Shown here in pieces: positions 13,036 to 25,911 of a stretch of 64,000 nucleotides of DNA. The stretch is from contig CM059432.1 in the NCBI GenBank assembly GCA_030390025.1, positions 60,390,001 to 60,454,000 of the forward strand, in the 5' to 3' direction. A model generated the notes under the pieces. That model saw only the letters and a program-made list of their open reading frames with translations. It was not told where the DNA came from and did no database searches. Numbering within the stretch: position 1 is the first letter of the stretch; every line of letters begins with the position of its first letter. Position numbers and translations under genes: made by a program. The stretch comes from Squalus acanthias. Its lineage: Eukaryota.

Positions 13036-15243
13036 CTAAAGAGCAGAGAAAAACAGTTTATGTATAATAGAATGTTAGATTATCTACAGTAAACACAAAG
13101 TTCTTACTTTTTGAAGAAAATCTAATCTGTATCTACAAATAAGACATCACATTGATACCATTGGGGGAAAAAAATCACCCAAACAAGAAATTTGCATTGT
13201 TGCACTTCAATTTTGATCAGGTGATCTTCTCCCAGTCTGTTGGCCTGGTTTTGATCTATGTCTTCAGTTCTTTAAACAGGTGAAGAAGCACTTGGGCCAG
13301 CCCTCCGGCCTTCACCCGCAGAGTACCACACCAGTGGAACATAGGAGGTGACTCCTGGCAGTGAAGGAACAAACTCCAGAGATGCAGCCAGCAGTGACCC
13401 CCTGCCTTCTATGAGAGAAAACACAACTTCATCCCATGACCCTTTTCTAGAACCTCTTGAGATACTGGCCCTCAAGTTGCACATTGGAGAAGCAATAGAA
13501 TAAGAGAAAGAAAGACAATTTTTACTTCTGAGTCAGGTCGGGTGCGTACGGGGTGCGTAGAGGGTCAGTATCGCGGTGGCTTGATCAGCCCGCTCTTCAG
13601 AGCGACTTTAGCGTAATAGCCCATATTAATCCAGGCATGCGCGTTTCCTGGCACTATTAAAGGGTGCGGGTCTGATGACTCATTTCCAGCATCAATATTT
13701 AAAGCAGCCTTGCACACAACTCATTTGAAGGTTATGAAAGGAGCATTAGAAAGGTTGGAGTTATTGTGCAAAGTGAAAACTATGAATACCCAAAGGCAGA
13801 GGGCTGCACCCTGCTTTACAGATGATTCGCTGCATATTCTGGTTGAGGCAGTACGAGCACACAGGGAGGTCCTCTTCCCAGCAGATGGACGCAAGAGACC
13901 TCCCCAAGAGACCAAAAGGGCCTGGCTGGAAATAGCAGAGGAGGTCAGCAGCAGGGAGGTCGTGAGGAGGACCTGGATCCAGTGCAGGAAGAGATTCAAT
14001 GATCTTATGAGGTCAGGAAAGGTGAGTGCAATGCCACACTCACATTCATCCTGATGTGCCTGTCAACACATCCCCATCACTCTGCCTTCCCAAGCCGACT
14101 CCTGCATATCATTATTCATGCCAATATACCTTCCAGGTCCACCCATCCCTCTCTCTATGTACGCACTCACATCCCCATCTGACTAACCACCCCTCACACT
14201 CACCCTCATCCTACTGCAATCATAGCAAGTAACACCACAGAAGCAGGCCATTTGGCGTTGGAACCCCATCCCTCATAGTCACCCTCTACAGATGTAATCC
14301 ATCCATTCCTTACACTCATTCCATTACTTTCACTCAAACTTCTCTTCTTTCCCTTCTTGCAGGAGAAAAGAGCCCACAACAGAAAGAGGGAGAGAACCGG
14401 AGGTGGCCTTCCAATCTTCACACACCTAACAGCAGCAGAGGAGTGGGCTCCGGAGATATCAGGAGCCCGAGAGACGCTGGCGGTGGGAGATGGAGGGGGC
14501 CATCCCAGCAACCTAGTGACAGAATCACATCTCATAAAGCCACATGGCATACAACAGTCACCCATATGTTGACTCATGTCAGCAGCCAGTGAAATGTCAT
14601 CATGTGCATAATGGTAACGTTACCCATTGTTATTATAACACTTCTAATTCATCTCTTTACTCTCCCACAGGTCCATCAACTGCCCCCTCCACCAACCCAC
14701 TGTCCAGTCGGAAGAGGAAGGCGACTCCTCAGAGGAACCTCCAGCCTCTGAGGGTGCAGCGCCACCAGACCCAAGCGCACACAGCACCAGCGCAGATACG
14801 CAGATACCTCGGTGGGTCCTTTGCGCCGTAAAGTACAGTTGTCACCTGGTGTCTTACAATTCACAGGTGGTGTTGACAGGTACAGCAGTGGAGACTCCTC
14901 GCCGGAGGGCACAGGACGCTCCAAGCTCTGCTCAGCTGCAGGCAGACGCTGAGCCTCGGGGGTCATCGAGAAAGAGGGTGATCTTGGAGGGACAGCAACA
15001 ATTGCATGAGGCTCTGGCATCTTTTGCAGCCATGATGTCTGCAAATGTTCAGAGAATGGAGGAGTCCATCTCCAACATGAGCACCACCATGTCGCAGGTG
15101 ATGGCGACGATGTGCTCTTCCATGGAAAGGATGGCCACCTGCATGGAGCAACAAATGCGCCACTCACATGAGCACATGCTAGCTGTGGACAGCAGATGGC
15201 AGGTGCTCATAGACCTCCTCTCAAGGAGGGATGTAAACGTAGA

Positions 15244-15709
15244 AATAACAACAGAAAACGCTGGAAAAACTCAGCAGGCAAGGCAGCATCCGTGGAGAGA
15301 GAAAGAGAGTTGACGTTTCAGGTCGATGACCTTTCATCAGAACTGGGAAGAGCTGGAAATCAAATAGATTTAAGGCCAGGGTAAAGCTGGGAAAAGGGGG
15401 AGGGGATAAAGGAACAAAAGAGGAGATGAAGAGACATTAAGAGACATTAAGAGATATGCAAGGCTAGAGGTGGTGTTAATGTGACAGATTAAGGCTGAAT
15501 GAAGTGTGAAATCTACTGGCAGAATGAAGGACAGCTGCCAGCTTCTAGGAGGAAAAAAAAGGTGGGGGGGACAAATAAAAGGGTGGATAAAATAAAATAT
15601 AAATGTGATTGGAGCTGAGGTTATGATCTAAAATTGTTGAACTCGATATTGAGTCCAGAGGGCTGTAGCGTGCCTTTCGGATTTCCAGCATCTGCAGTAT
15701 TTTGCGATC
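15244..15709 (-). mobile_element. Penelope-like retroelement fragment with inverted pLTR ends
   Basis: 14-bp TSD GATGTAAACGTAGA (15230-15243, 15710-15723); ends acagaaaacgctggaaa and atttccagcatctgcagtattttgc in opposite orientation; hammerhead core. Confidence 0.75.
15308..15344 (-). ncRNA. Minimal type I hammerhead ribozyme motif
   Basis: Minus strand AGTT-CTGATGA-A-AGGTC-ATC-GACCT-GAAAC-GTC-AACT: core, stem II, GUC cleavage triplet, stem I pairing. Confidence 0.75.
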
Positions 15710-16199
15710 GATGTAAACGTAGACTTGGGCCGTCATCGCCCACTGCTGAGCAGCAGGGTGCTCGCCAGATCCTTGCTAGCAGGGAAGTGTGGGTGGCCCA
15801 TGAGAGGGATGATGGCGAGAGGGGACATGGAAGTGGGGGCTCTTCTCAAAGTGCTCCCACTTCTCCTCTGTTGCCTCCCCCTCAGTCAGAGAACCACATG
15901 TCTCCTCGGATTCTGATGGCTGAGTCTGCCCCTACACAGTTACAGGAGGAGCAAACTTTGGCGGGGCCATAACTGGCTCCAAAACCCAGAGGACATCCAC
16001 CAATAGTGTCTGATGAGTTGCAGCAGGGAAGTGAGCAGCCTCCAACTACCTCTGCTGAAGCCACAGGGGTTGCACCTAGTAGAAGCACTCGGAAAAGAAA
16101 AATGACACAGAAGTAGATGTACAAGGGTATGCACATGGGTGTATCAAAAAATGTTAGTGGTAAGTTTCTGTTATTTTGATGACACACATAAATGTTTTT

Positions 16200-16470
16200 G
16201 TTCCTCCTCTGACTGGACAGTGGAGGGGGGGTGTGGGGGGCAGTTGATGGACCTGTGGGAGAATAAAGAGATGAACTAGAAGTGTTATAATAACAATAGG
16301 TAACGTTGCCATTTGGCTTTATGAGATGTGATTCTGTCACCAGGTTGCTGGGATACCCCCCTCCATCTCCCACTACCAGTGTCTCTCAAACTCCCAAAAT
16401 CTCCAGAGCCCCCTCCTCTGCTGCTATTAGGTGTGCAAAGACTGGAAGGCCACCTCCGTTTCTTTGCACC
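16200..16470 (-). repeat. Inverted diverged copy of Myb exon 2/intron/exon 3 start (14390-14720)
   Basis: Reverse complement encodes GDGGGYPSNLVTESHLIKP vs GDGGGHPSNLVTESHLIKP, and YYNTSSSSLYSPTGPSTAP vs YYNTSNSSLYSPTGPSTAP. Confidence 0.85.
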
Positions 16471-16677
16471 ACTTTTGGGTCTTGTCCATTTTTGCCTCAA
16501 ACCTTGGAAGTGGCTTTGTCACTTGGAGTGAATGGTGAGACATTACTTAACCTCGAGCACTGGGGCTTTGGTTAAGAGAAATGGCTTGGTCATTGTAGGG
16601 ATGCTTTGTGGTGTTGTGGGGGAGAGGTGGGGGACTTAGTACAGCATGTGGCACTGATGTGGCTGCATTGGAGCAAG

Positions 16678-18500
16678 TTAAGTAAATCTGGTCATGAAGA
16701 GGCCATCCCCAGCCTCCTGGGCAGCAATGTGCGCCACTGCAGGTGCCATTTGCACCTCAGGTTCCTTCTCCTCATCTTCCTCCTCCTCCTCCTCCTCCTC
16801 TGAAGAGGCTGTGTGCTGTGTGCCATGCTCCTCCTGCAACGAGACCTGGGTGTCCTTGTGCACCAGTCGCTGAAGGTAAGCATGCAGGTGCAGCAGGCGG
16901 TTAAGAAGGCAAATGGTATGTTGGCCTTCATAGTGAGAGGGTTTGAGTACAGGAACAAGGATGTCTTGCTGCAGTTGTACAGGGCCTTGGTGAGACCACA
17001 CCTTGAGTATTGTGTGCAGTTTTGGTCGCCTTATCTGAGGAAGGAGGTTCTTGCCATGGAAGGAGTTCAGCGAAGATTCACAAGGCTGATACCTGGGATG
17101 GCAGGAATGACGTATGAAGAGAGATTGGGTCGATTGGGCTTATACTCGCTGGAGTTTAGAAGAATGAGAGGGGATCTCATTGAAACTTATAAAATTCTGA
17201 CAGAACAGGACAAACTAAATGCAGGAAGGATGTTCCCGATGGTCGGGGAGTCCAGAACCAGGGGTCACAGTCTAAGGATAAGGGGTAAGCCATTTAGGAC
17301 AGAAATGAGGAGGAATTTCTTCACCCAGAGAGTGGTGAACCTGTGGAATTCTCTGCCACAGAAGGCAGTAGAGGCCAATTCATTAAATAGATTCAAGAAG
17401 GAGTTGGATATATTTCTTAAGGCTAAAGGGATCAAGGGATATCGGGAGAAAGCAGGAACAGGGTACTGAATTTGGATGATCAGCCATGATCGCATTGAAT
17501 GGCGGAGCAGGCTAGAGGGGCCGAATGGCCTACTCCTGCTCCTATCTTCTATGATTCTATGATTCCTGCAGTTCCAATTCTCGCTGCTGCACTATGTTGT
17601 GCAGCGCGCAGCAGACGGCGATGATTCTGGGGACACTGGCTGGTGCCTACTGAAGGGCTCCTCGAGATCTGTCAAGGCATCTGAAGCGCATCTTCAGCAT
17701 GCCTATTGCTTGCACTATGACACAGCTGGTGGAGATGTGGCTCTCATAAAACGCTCCTCGGCCTCAGTACTTGGCCTCCTCAGGGGTGTCATGAGCCACG
17801 TCTTCAGTGAATAGCCCTTGTCTCCAAGCAGCCAGCCAGTAAGTCTGTTTGGAGGTGTGAAGAGCTAAGGGAGGGTGGACTGGCACAGCACGAAAGAATC
17901 ATGACAGCTGCCAGGGAATCTGGCACACACATGCATAATCATCTTTTTATGGTTGCAGACGAGCTGCACATTGAGGGAGTGGAAGCCTTTGTGGTTCACA
18001 AACACTCCTGAGTAATGTGCGGGTGCCTTGATGGCCACATGTGTGCAGTCGATGATGCCCTGCACCTGTGGGAAGTCAGCCAGAGCCACAAAGCCGAGCG
18101 CCCGCTCAGTAATACTGGCTTCATCAGTGGCAAAGCTGATATAATTGGCTGACTTGTGAAACATGGCATCGGTCACCTGGGTGATGCATCTGTGGGCGGC
18201 CGACTGCAAGATGCCACAAATGTCTGCAGCAGATCCCTGGAAGGAGCCTGAGGCGAAGAAGTTAAAGAAGCTACAAATGTCTGCGACGACCTGGAGCGAT
18301 AGCCTGAGCCTCCTGAAGCACTGCTGCTCATTCATGTTGAGGAAGCTCATCCTCTGCCTGTATACCGTGTTGGGGGTATCGCCTCCGGCGCGGTGCAGCC
18401 CTGTGTTGACCCCCCTCTCTCCTGTGGAGCATCAGGTCGTTGAGGAGAAGGCTACTGTTGTGGTTGTCGCTGCTGCTGGAGTTATGGTTGCTGCTGCTGG
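16678..18500 (-). pseudogene. Harbinger transposase interrupted by CR1
   Basis: ORF 17865-18350: [59 protein letters not shown] near 17810; poly-E tail near 16760-16800. Confidence 0.9.
16835..17563 (+). mobile_element. CR1 LINE 3' fragment
   Basis: ORF 16813-17469 CR1 C-terminal region; (CTATGATT)n tail. Confidence 0.95.
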
Positions 18501-19057
18501 TGGTGCAATCACTCTTAAGGGTCTGTAAACAAGCACTTAATGATTTCAATGAGGTCGCCCACCTCTGCGGATCAGGTCTATGTCGCGCCTTCAAAGCTAC
18601 CCAAGTTAAATGCTCGAGGCGGCGAGTTGCCGACATGCTCGCTATTTCCAGCATTTTTACTGCCGACCCGCCCCCACAAACCCGCACGCGCGGCAAATGG
18701 AAAATTCCGGCCAAGGCGTTAGAAAAGAGTAGGTGGTTCATATTTACTTTGGACTTCGTTACAATAAAATAGAAAGTGCACATGTTGGGCGTTATTATTC
18801 TTGGAGGTTTGAATCATACGGGGAAGGGTACACTTACCTGAGGTTGATTTGGTGCTGCTTTACTCAGTCAGGTGATGATTATTGGTATGGTCATGTAGGG
18901 GCAAAGAGAATAATGGGTTGTCATGTTCGAGGATGGAGACTGGATTGAAACATTGTTCCTTTATTTGATGGTGGGGGAAGAAGGAGATAAGGCTATGGTG
19001 CCAAAGGTAGATTTGTTAGACAGAAGAGAAGACTTCAGTGATGAGATGCACTCAGTT

Positions 19058-19405
19058 ATAGAATCAGAGAATGATACAGCACAGAAGGGGGCCATTCAGC
19101 CCATCATGCCCGTGCCGGCTCTTTGAAAAAGCTATCCAATTAGTCCCACTCCCCTGCTCTTTCCTCACAGCCCTGCAAATATTTCCGATTCAAGTATCTG
19201 TCCAATTCCCTTTTGAAAGTTATTATTGAATCTGCTTCCACCACTCTTTCAGGCAATGCATTCCAGATCATAACAGCTCGCTGTATTAGTCTTTTTAACA
19301 GCCTTCTCAACTTGCCCTGCCACCTTCAATATTTGTGTACATACACCCCCAGATCTCTGTTCTTGCACCCTCTTTAAAATTGTACCATTTAGCTTATATT
19401 GCCTC
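19058..19405 (-). mobile_element. CR1 3' fragment
   Basis: atagaatcagagaat tail, ggccattcagcccatcatgcc 3'UTR. Confidence 0.75.
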
Positions 19406-19406
19406 T

Positions 19407-20498
19407 GCAGTAAACACAGAGCTTGGTGAAGACAGAGTTGGGTGAATCTACTAAAAGGAGTGGCTTACTAAACAGAGTGGCAATGGAAATTCGGTGAGAG
19501 TGGGATTTCACTGGTATATATTAGAGGGGTACCTGCTAACACACAGAGCTGTGAGCACAGAGCTGGCTGAGATAGTGTTAGGTCAATCTACTAAACAGAG
19601 TGGCTTGCTAAACAGATTGGAATTTGGTGAGAGTGGGAATTAGGTGCAGAGGGGGAAGGAGGTGCGAAGTACTATAAATCAAGGGGCAACAGTAAATATA
19701 TAAATAATTAGATCTAAGGGGATAAAATTAACTAAGTAGAGGATACCAACATTAAAGGGATCCGAAATGCATTCACTAAAAATCTGGTATACATAAATAA
19801 TGAATAATAAATAGGAGTAAGAGGAAACTAAACTAAAAACATATATATAACATAAGTAGATAGACATGTAAGCAAAATGATGGGACAGCTGAGACCTGCT
19901 GCCTGCAATTCTTGTGCCATGTCGGAACACCAGAAAACTTCACGTCCTGAATATCCGTGTGTGCGGGAAGTGCCTCCAGTTGCTTGAACTCGAGCTCAGG
20001 GGTTCAGAGCTTTCTGAGCGGCTGGAGTCACTGCAGGGCATACGGAAGGCTGAGAATTTCCTACAGGGCACGTTCCAAGACGTGGTCACCCTGCACCTAC
20101 AGGGATTTCAGGAGGATAGTAAGTGGGTGGCCATACTAGTGGAGCTGCGGCTGGAGTCACTGTGGAGCATCCGTGAAGCTGAGATCTTTGTGGGTAGCAC
20201 GTTTAACGAGGTGGTCACACCGCAGGTAAAGGGCTGGATTTTGATACTGGGGCGGGTTGGGGTCGTGTTATCCACTTTTCGTGTTATCCACCCGACTGCA
20301 ATTGGATGTGGGAGATTGATGCAATTTTCACCTAATTGGGCAATTGAGTTCCAGCATGTGGGAACCCATGACCCAATTAATGTTTTCAGTCTGAAAGTCG
20401 CCTCTGATGATGTCATCATTACTGCTGCATTGAAGGTCTTCAGAGACTGCCTGGCCTTTGCTGTGAGAGGACCTGGATGCAAAATGAGCAGCAGCAGC

Positions 20499-20539
<41 letters not shown>

Positions 20540-23500
20540 AAGAAAGAAAGAAAGAAAGAGAGAAAGAGAGAGAGAGAGAGAGAGACTCTGACCTTGCTGT
20601 GAGAGGACCTGAAGGCAAAATGAGCAGCAGCAGCCCTAGGTCTGCTCCCACATATTTTTCCTACTACTACTACCACTCCGTTGTAATAGTGGACCTGCAG
20701 CTGATAGTCAGCTTTCGAAATGTGTTACCGCCAGGTTTCACATTCGTGGTTCAGAACAGGCATGCTTCACGTAGAACAAGGGTTAAAATCACAAAGGCCT
20801 TTCAAAATGGCATTATAGAGCCAATTTAGTGCTTGTTAAGGGCCTTAACAGCCTATCCCGCCTCTTAAAGGCGGGACGGAGTCGGGACCAGCAGACACGA
20901 TTTAATGAAAATTGCGTGGAGGCGGGATGGAGGCGGACTTGTGCCCGCCTGCCAGTTTTCACAATTTTAACCCCCCACACGCCTCCAAACCCGCCTCCAC
21001 GGGTCAATGAAAATCCAGCCCAAAGAGTGCACAGGCAGACAGGAAATGGGGGACCGCCAGACAGAGTAAAAGAACTGGGAAGGTAGTGCAGGAGTCCCCT
21101 GGGTCCATCTCCCTCTCCAACAGATTTTCCGTTTTGGATACTGCTGGGGGAGATGGTTTCTCAGTGGAATGCAGCAAGAGCCAAGTCCGTGGTACTACGA
21201 GTGGCTCAGCTGCACAGGAGGGGAGGAAAAAGAGTGGGAGAGCAATAGTGATAGGGGATCTATCGTAAGGGGAACAGATAGACGTTTCTGTGGCCGCAGA
21301 CGTGACTCCAGGATGGTATGTTGCCTCCCTGGTGCCAGGGTCAAGGATGTCACTGAACGGCTGCAGGGCATTCTGAAGGGGGAGGGCGAACAGTCAGAGG
21401 TCATGGTTCACATTGGTACCAACGACATGGGTAGAAAGAGGGATGAGGTCCTGCAACAAGAATTTAGGGAGTTAGGTAGCAGATTAAAAAGCAGGACCTC
21501 AAAGGTTGTAATCTCTGGATTACTCCCAGTGCCACGTGCTAGTGAGTATAGGAATAGGAGGATAGAGCAGATGAATGCGTGGCTGAAGAGTTGATGCAGG
21601 AGGGAGGGCTTTAGTTTCCTGGATCACTGGGTCTGCTTCTGGGGAAGGTGGGACCTGTACAAGTCGGACGGGTTGCACCTGAACCAGAATGGGACCAACA
21701 TCCTTGCGGGGAGGTTTGCTAGTACTGTTGGGGGGGGTTTAAACTAACTTGGCAGGGGGATGGGATACGGAGTGGAGCTATAGTAGGGGGTGATGCACAG
21801 CCAAATATAGAGGAAAAAACAAGTCAGCCTGGAAGGCAGAGCAAATATGTAACGGCACAAGGGAGTATGGCAAGGCTGGATGGCATTTATTTTAATGCAA
21901 GGAGTCTTGCGAGTAAGGCAGATGAATTGAAGCTGTTGATGAACACATGGGAGTATGATATTGTTGCTATCACAGAGACATGGTTGAGGGAGGGGCAGGA
22001 CTGGCAGCTCAATATTCCGGGGTATAGAATCTTCAGGCGAGACAGAGCAGGATGTAAAAGAGGGGTTGTCGCAATATTAATCAAGGAGTCAATTACTGCA
22101 GTAAGGAGGGATGATATTTTAGCAGGTTCCTCTAATGAGGCCATATGGGTAGAACTTAAAAACAAAAAGGGGGCAAGCACTTTGCTGGGAGTGTATTATA
22201 GGCCTCCAAACAGTCAGGGGGAGATAGAGGAACAGATATGTAGGCAAATCTCAGAGAAGTGTAGAAATAATAGGGTAATAATAGTAGGGGATTTGAACTT
22301 CCCCAATATTAACTGGGATAGTCAGAGTGTGAAAGGCTTAGAAGGTGCGGAATTCTTAAAGTGCATCCAGGAGAGCTTTTTGAGCCAGCATGTAGAAAGT
22401 CCTACAAGAGAGGGGGCGGTACTGGACCTAATTCTAGGGAATGTAGCCGGGCAAGTGGTAGATGTGTCAGTAGGAGAGCATTTTGGTGACAGTGACCATA
22501 ATTCGGTGAGATTTAAGGTAGTCATGGAAAAGGACAAAGATGGACCGGAAATAAAGGTTCTAAATTGGGGGAAGGCCGATTTTAATATGATAAGCCAGGA
22601 TCTGGCCAAAATGGACTGGGATTAGCTACTTATAGGATAATCCACTTCAGAGCAATGAGAGTCTTTCAGAAAGGAAATAGAGAGAGTACAACGCCAACAT
22701 GTTCCCGTAAAGGTCAAGGGTGGGACCAACAAGCTCAGGTAACCCTGGATGTCAAGGGATATACAAGAATGGATTAGGAAAAAAAGGGAGGCTTTTGGCA
22801 GATACAAAGGACTAAAAACAGTGGAAGCCCTAGAGGAGTATAGAAAGTGCAGGGGGGGTAATTAAAAAAGAAATTAGGAGAGCGAAGAGGGGGCATGAAA
22901 AAACACTGGTGGACAAAATAAAGGAAAATCCCAAGGTGTTTTATAAGTATATTAAGGGCAAGAGGATAACCAGGGAAAGAGTAGGGCCCATTAGCGACCA
23001 AAGTGGCAATCTGTGTGTAGAGCCGGAAGATGTAGGTGAGGTTTTAAATGAATATTTTGCATCTGTGTTCACTATGGAGAAGGGTGATGTAGGCATAGAA
23101 ATCAGGCAGGGGGATTGTGATATACTTGAACAAATTAGTATTGAGAGGGAGGAGGTACTAGCGATTTTAGCAGGCTTAAAAGTGGATAAATCCCCAGGCC
23201 CTGATGGGATGTATCCCAGGCTGCTGTGTGAGGCAACGGAGGAGATTGCAGGGGCTCTGACACAAATTTTCAGAACCTCTCTGGCCACAGGGGAGGTGCC
23301 AGAGGACTGGCGAACAGCTAACGTAGTACTATTGTTCAAGAAGGGTAGTAGGGATAAACCAGGGAATTACAGGCCAGTGAGCCTAACATCAGTGGTAGGG
23401 AAATTATTGGAAAAAATTCTGAGGGACAAAATTAGTCTCCACTTGGAGAGGCAGGGATTAATCAGGGATAGTCAGCATGGCTTTGTCAGGGGGAGATCAT

Positions 23501-24748
23501 GTCTAACCAATTTGATTGAATTTTTCGAGGGGGTGACTAGGTGTGTGAATAAGGGTAGTGCAGTTGATGTAGTCTACATGGGCTTCAGTAAGGCTTTTGA
23601 CAAAGTCCCGCATGGGAGACTGGTCAAGAAGGTAAGAGCCCATGGGATCCAGGGCAATTTGGCACATTGGATCCAAAATTGGCTGAGTGGCAGGAGGCAG
23701 AGGGTGATGGTCGAAGGTTGTTTTGTGACTGGAAGCCTGTGTCCAGTGGTGTACCGCAGGGATTGGTGCTGGGTCCCTTGCTGTTTGTAGTGTACATTAA
23801 TGATTTAGATATGAATGTAGGAGGTATGATCAGTAAGTTCGCAGATGACACGAAAATTGGTGGAGAGGTAAATAGCGAGGAGGGAAGCCTCAGGCTACAG
23901 GGCGATATAGACGGTTTGGTCAGATGGGCAGAACAGTGGCAAATGGAATTTAACCCTGAAAAGTGTGAGGTGATGCATTTTGGGAGGACTAACAAGGCAA
24001 GGGAATACACAATGAATGGTAGGACCCTAGGAAGGATAGAGGATCAGAGGGACCTTGGCCTGCATGTACATAGATCCCTGAAGGCAGCAGGACAGGTAGA
24101 TAAGGTGGTTAAGAAGGCATATGGGATACTTGCCTTCATTAGCCGAGGCATAGAATATCAGAGCAGGGAGGTTATGATGGAGCTGTACAAAACGCTAGTT
24201 AGGCCACAGCTGGAATACTGTGTGCAGTTCTGGTCGCCACACTATAGGAAGGATGTGATTGCATTAGAGAGGGTGCAGAGGAGATTCACCAGGATGTTAC
24301 CTGGGCTGGAGCGTTTCAGCTATGAAGAGAGACTGGACAGGCTGGGGTTGTTTTCCTTAGAGCAGAGAAGGCTGAGGGGGGACCTGATTGAGGTGTACAA
24401 AATTATGAGGGGCATAGATAGGGTAGATAGAAAGGAACTTTTCCCCTTAGTAGAGGGGTCAATAACCAGGGGGCATAGTTTCAAGGTATGGGGCAGGAGG
24501 TTTAGAGGGGATTTGAGGAAAAACTTTTTCACCAGAGGGTGGTTGGAATCTGGAACTCACTGCCTGAAAGGGTGGTAGAGGCAGGAACCCTCACAACATT
24601 CAAGAAGCATTTAGATGAGCACTTGAAACGCCATAGCATACAAGGCTACAGACCAAGTGCTGGAAAATGGGATTAGAATAGACAGGGCTTGATGGCTGGC
24701 GCGGACATGATGGGCCAAAGGGCCTCTTTCTGTGTTATATAACTCTAT
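19407..24748 (+). mobile_element. Near full-length CR1 LINE: repetitive 5'UTR, ORF1 (zinc finger/leucine zipper + SGNH esterase, ~19878-21745), ORF2 (EN-RT, ~21867-24620)
   Basis: CNSC..CGKC-LLELELR; VIGDS, HIGTND, DGLHL esterase motifs; ITETW, GDLNFP, SDH endonuclease; GVPQG and FADD RT; stops and frameshifts; tail resumes after 25642. Confidence 0.95.
20231..21021. mobile_element. Harbinger MITE family B, copy 2, in CR1 ORF1
   Basis: 12-bp TIRs; TSD AAA; removal restores VTPQVKSAQA frame. Confidence 0.92.
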
Positions 24749-25642
24749 GGGGTAAAAATTCAGTTGGTTGCACCTCCCGTTAGCGCCTTAAGAGGGCGCT
24801 AATGGGGCGCAAAGCTGCTAACGCCCGGGCGCAGCGATGTTTGCGCCGCTCGAGAACTTAACTTGAGATTGTGCGGCGGCGCTAAAACTTACCGCTGCGA
24901 CCACCTGCGCGCGCAGATTGTGACGTCATTCCATGGTGCAACGCCCTTGTGGCGCCCCGGAGCAGAAATTGAGTGGCGCCCCCTGCCTTACCGCCTGGCG
25001 CATCCAACGACCAGAAGACTGGAACGCTATCAATCGCTGTGGGGCTGGGGGGGGGTGCTATTTAAAGGGGGCCTCTTCCTGTCTTTTATTGTTGGTGGCA
25101 TTTTTGAACTACGCATTCTGAGAGAGAGAGGGAGAGACTTCTGGAGAGATTCAACGTTGTGGGAAGGAGTTTTGGGTACTGAGCAGCACTTTGCAGGTTC
25201 ATTTTGATTTGCCATTCCTTGTATCGATTTAGCAGAGATTGTGGGAGCTGCACTCTGAGCTCTTTGCCTGGTACTCTCCACTGTTCTTTCCAGCACATTT
25301 GATGTGCAAGTCTCTCCAGGCCGAGATTCAAGGCTGCAATGAACAGGATGTGGATGGAAAGCAAGATTAACCATCCCCTTTAAGAACTGGCCCGTGCCAT
25401 TGTGTGTGTGTTCCATTGCTGACTGACATTACATGAGCTTCGCCAGCGCTCTGAGTTAGCGCCTCACTCCTTGGCCTTTGCGCCTTAAGACAGGTGTGCA
25501 GCGCCTGCTTTAGCGCTCCACTCACCTCCCGGGGCGGTAAAAGTGAAGTTTCCAGTCAGTGCCGATAATTAGCGCCAGGCGCTAATATTTGCGTCCAGAC
25601 GATATTTGCGCCCCAAATGGGGCGCGACCTAATTTCTACCCC
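24749..25642. mobile_element. Harbinger MITE family C, copy 1
   Basis: GGGGTAAAAATT/AATTTCTACCCC, TSD TAT, many TTAGCGCC/GGCGCTAA motifs; second copy at 53532. Confidence 0.92.
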
Positions 25643-25699
25643 TATGACTCTATAATACAGCACCAATCCATCCCATTGACATTTTTTCCAAAGGGAGAT

Positions 25700-25911
25700 G
25701 GCCCCTTTAAATTTTCATTCAAACAACGCATCATCAGACGCGAGAAATTGACAGCCTCCAAGTAATTGCCTGGAGGGACCCGTACATCGGCCGTAACGAG
25801 GCCAATCAACCCAAAATAATAACTGATGGGAGGCAGTAGCCGGGAGCGGGTCGGAAAGCCGCCGAGCAGCAGGCCCGCCCTCAACCCACCACCTCCATTA
25901 AAATTGAGGCC
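25700..25911. mobile_element. Short Harbinger-type MITE
   Basis: GGCCCCTTTAAATTTT...AAAATTGAGGCC, GC-rich GCGGG motifs. Confidence 0.55.

Larger units (their letters stand above)
13782..16115 (+). pseudogene. Harbinger Myb/SANT-like gene (exons 13782-14021, 14363-~14515, 14671-~16115)
   Basis: RAAPCFTDDSLHILVEAV...AWLEIAEEVSS...RTWIQCRKRFNDL then gtgagt; ttgcag then EKRAHNRKRERTGGG; later exon disrupted by Penelope-like insert. Confidence 0.85.
13511..18712. mobile_element. Degenerate Harbinger (family J): Myb gene (+), transposase (-)
   Basis: Right TIR AAAATTCCGGCC ends 18712; decayed left end AAAGACAATTTT; AAG on both flanks. Confidence 0.8.

Noticed and set aside
13272..13484. 70-aa ORF next to the real exon
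   Set aside because: No splice support; at best a very degraded repeat remnant
18830..19050. Perfect minus-strand donor CAGGTAAGTG near 18837 as a host exon
   Set aside because: The phase-0 frame has a stop 11 codons upstream; no good acceptor or coiled-coil character
25030..25416. ORFs shared by both MITE C copies as a captured gene
   Set aside because: Lengths and frames differ between copies, no recognisable domain; shared descent suffices
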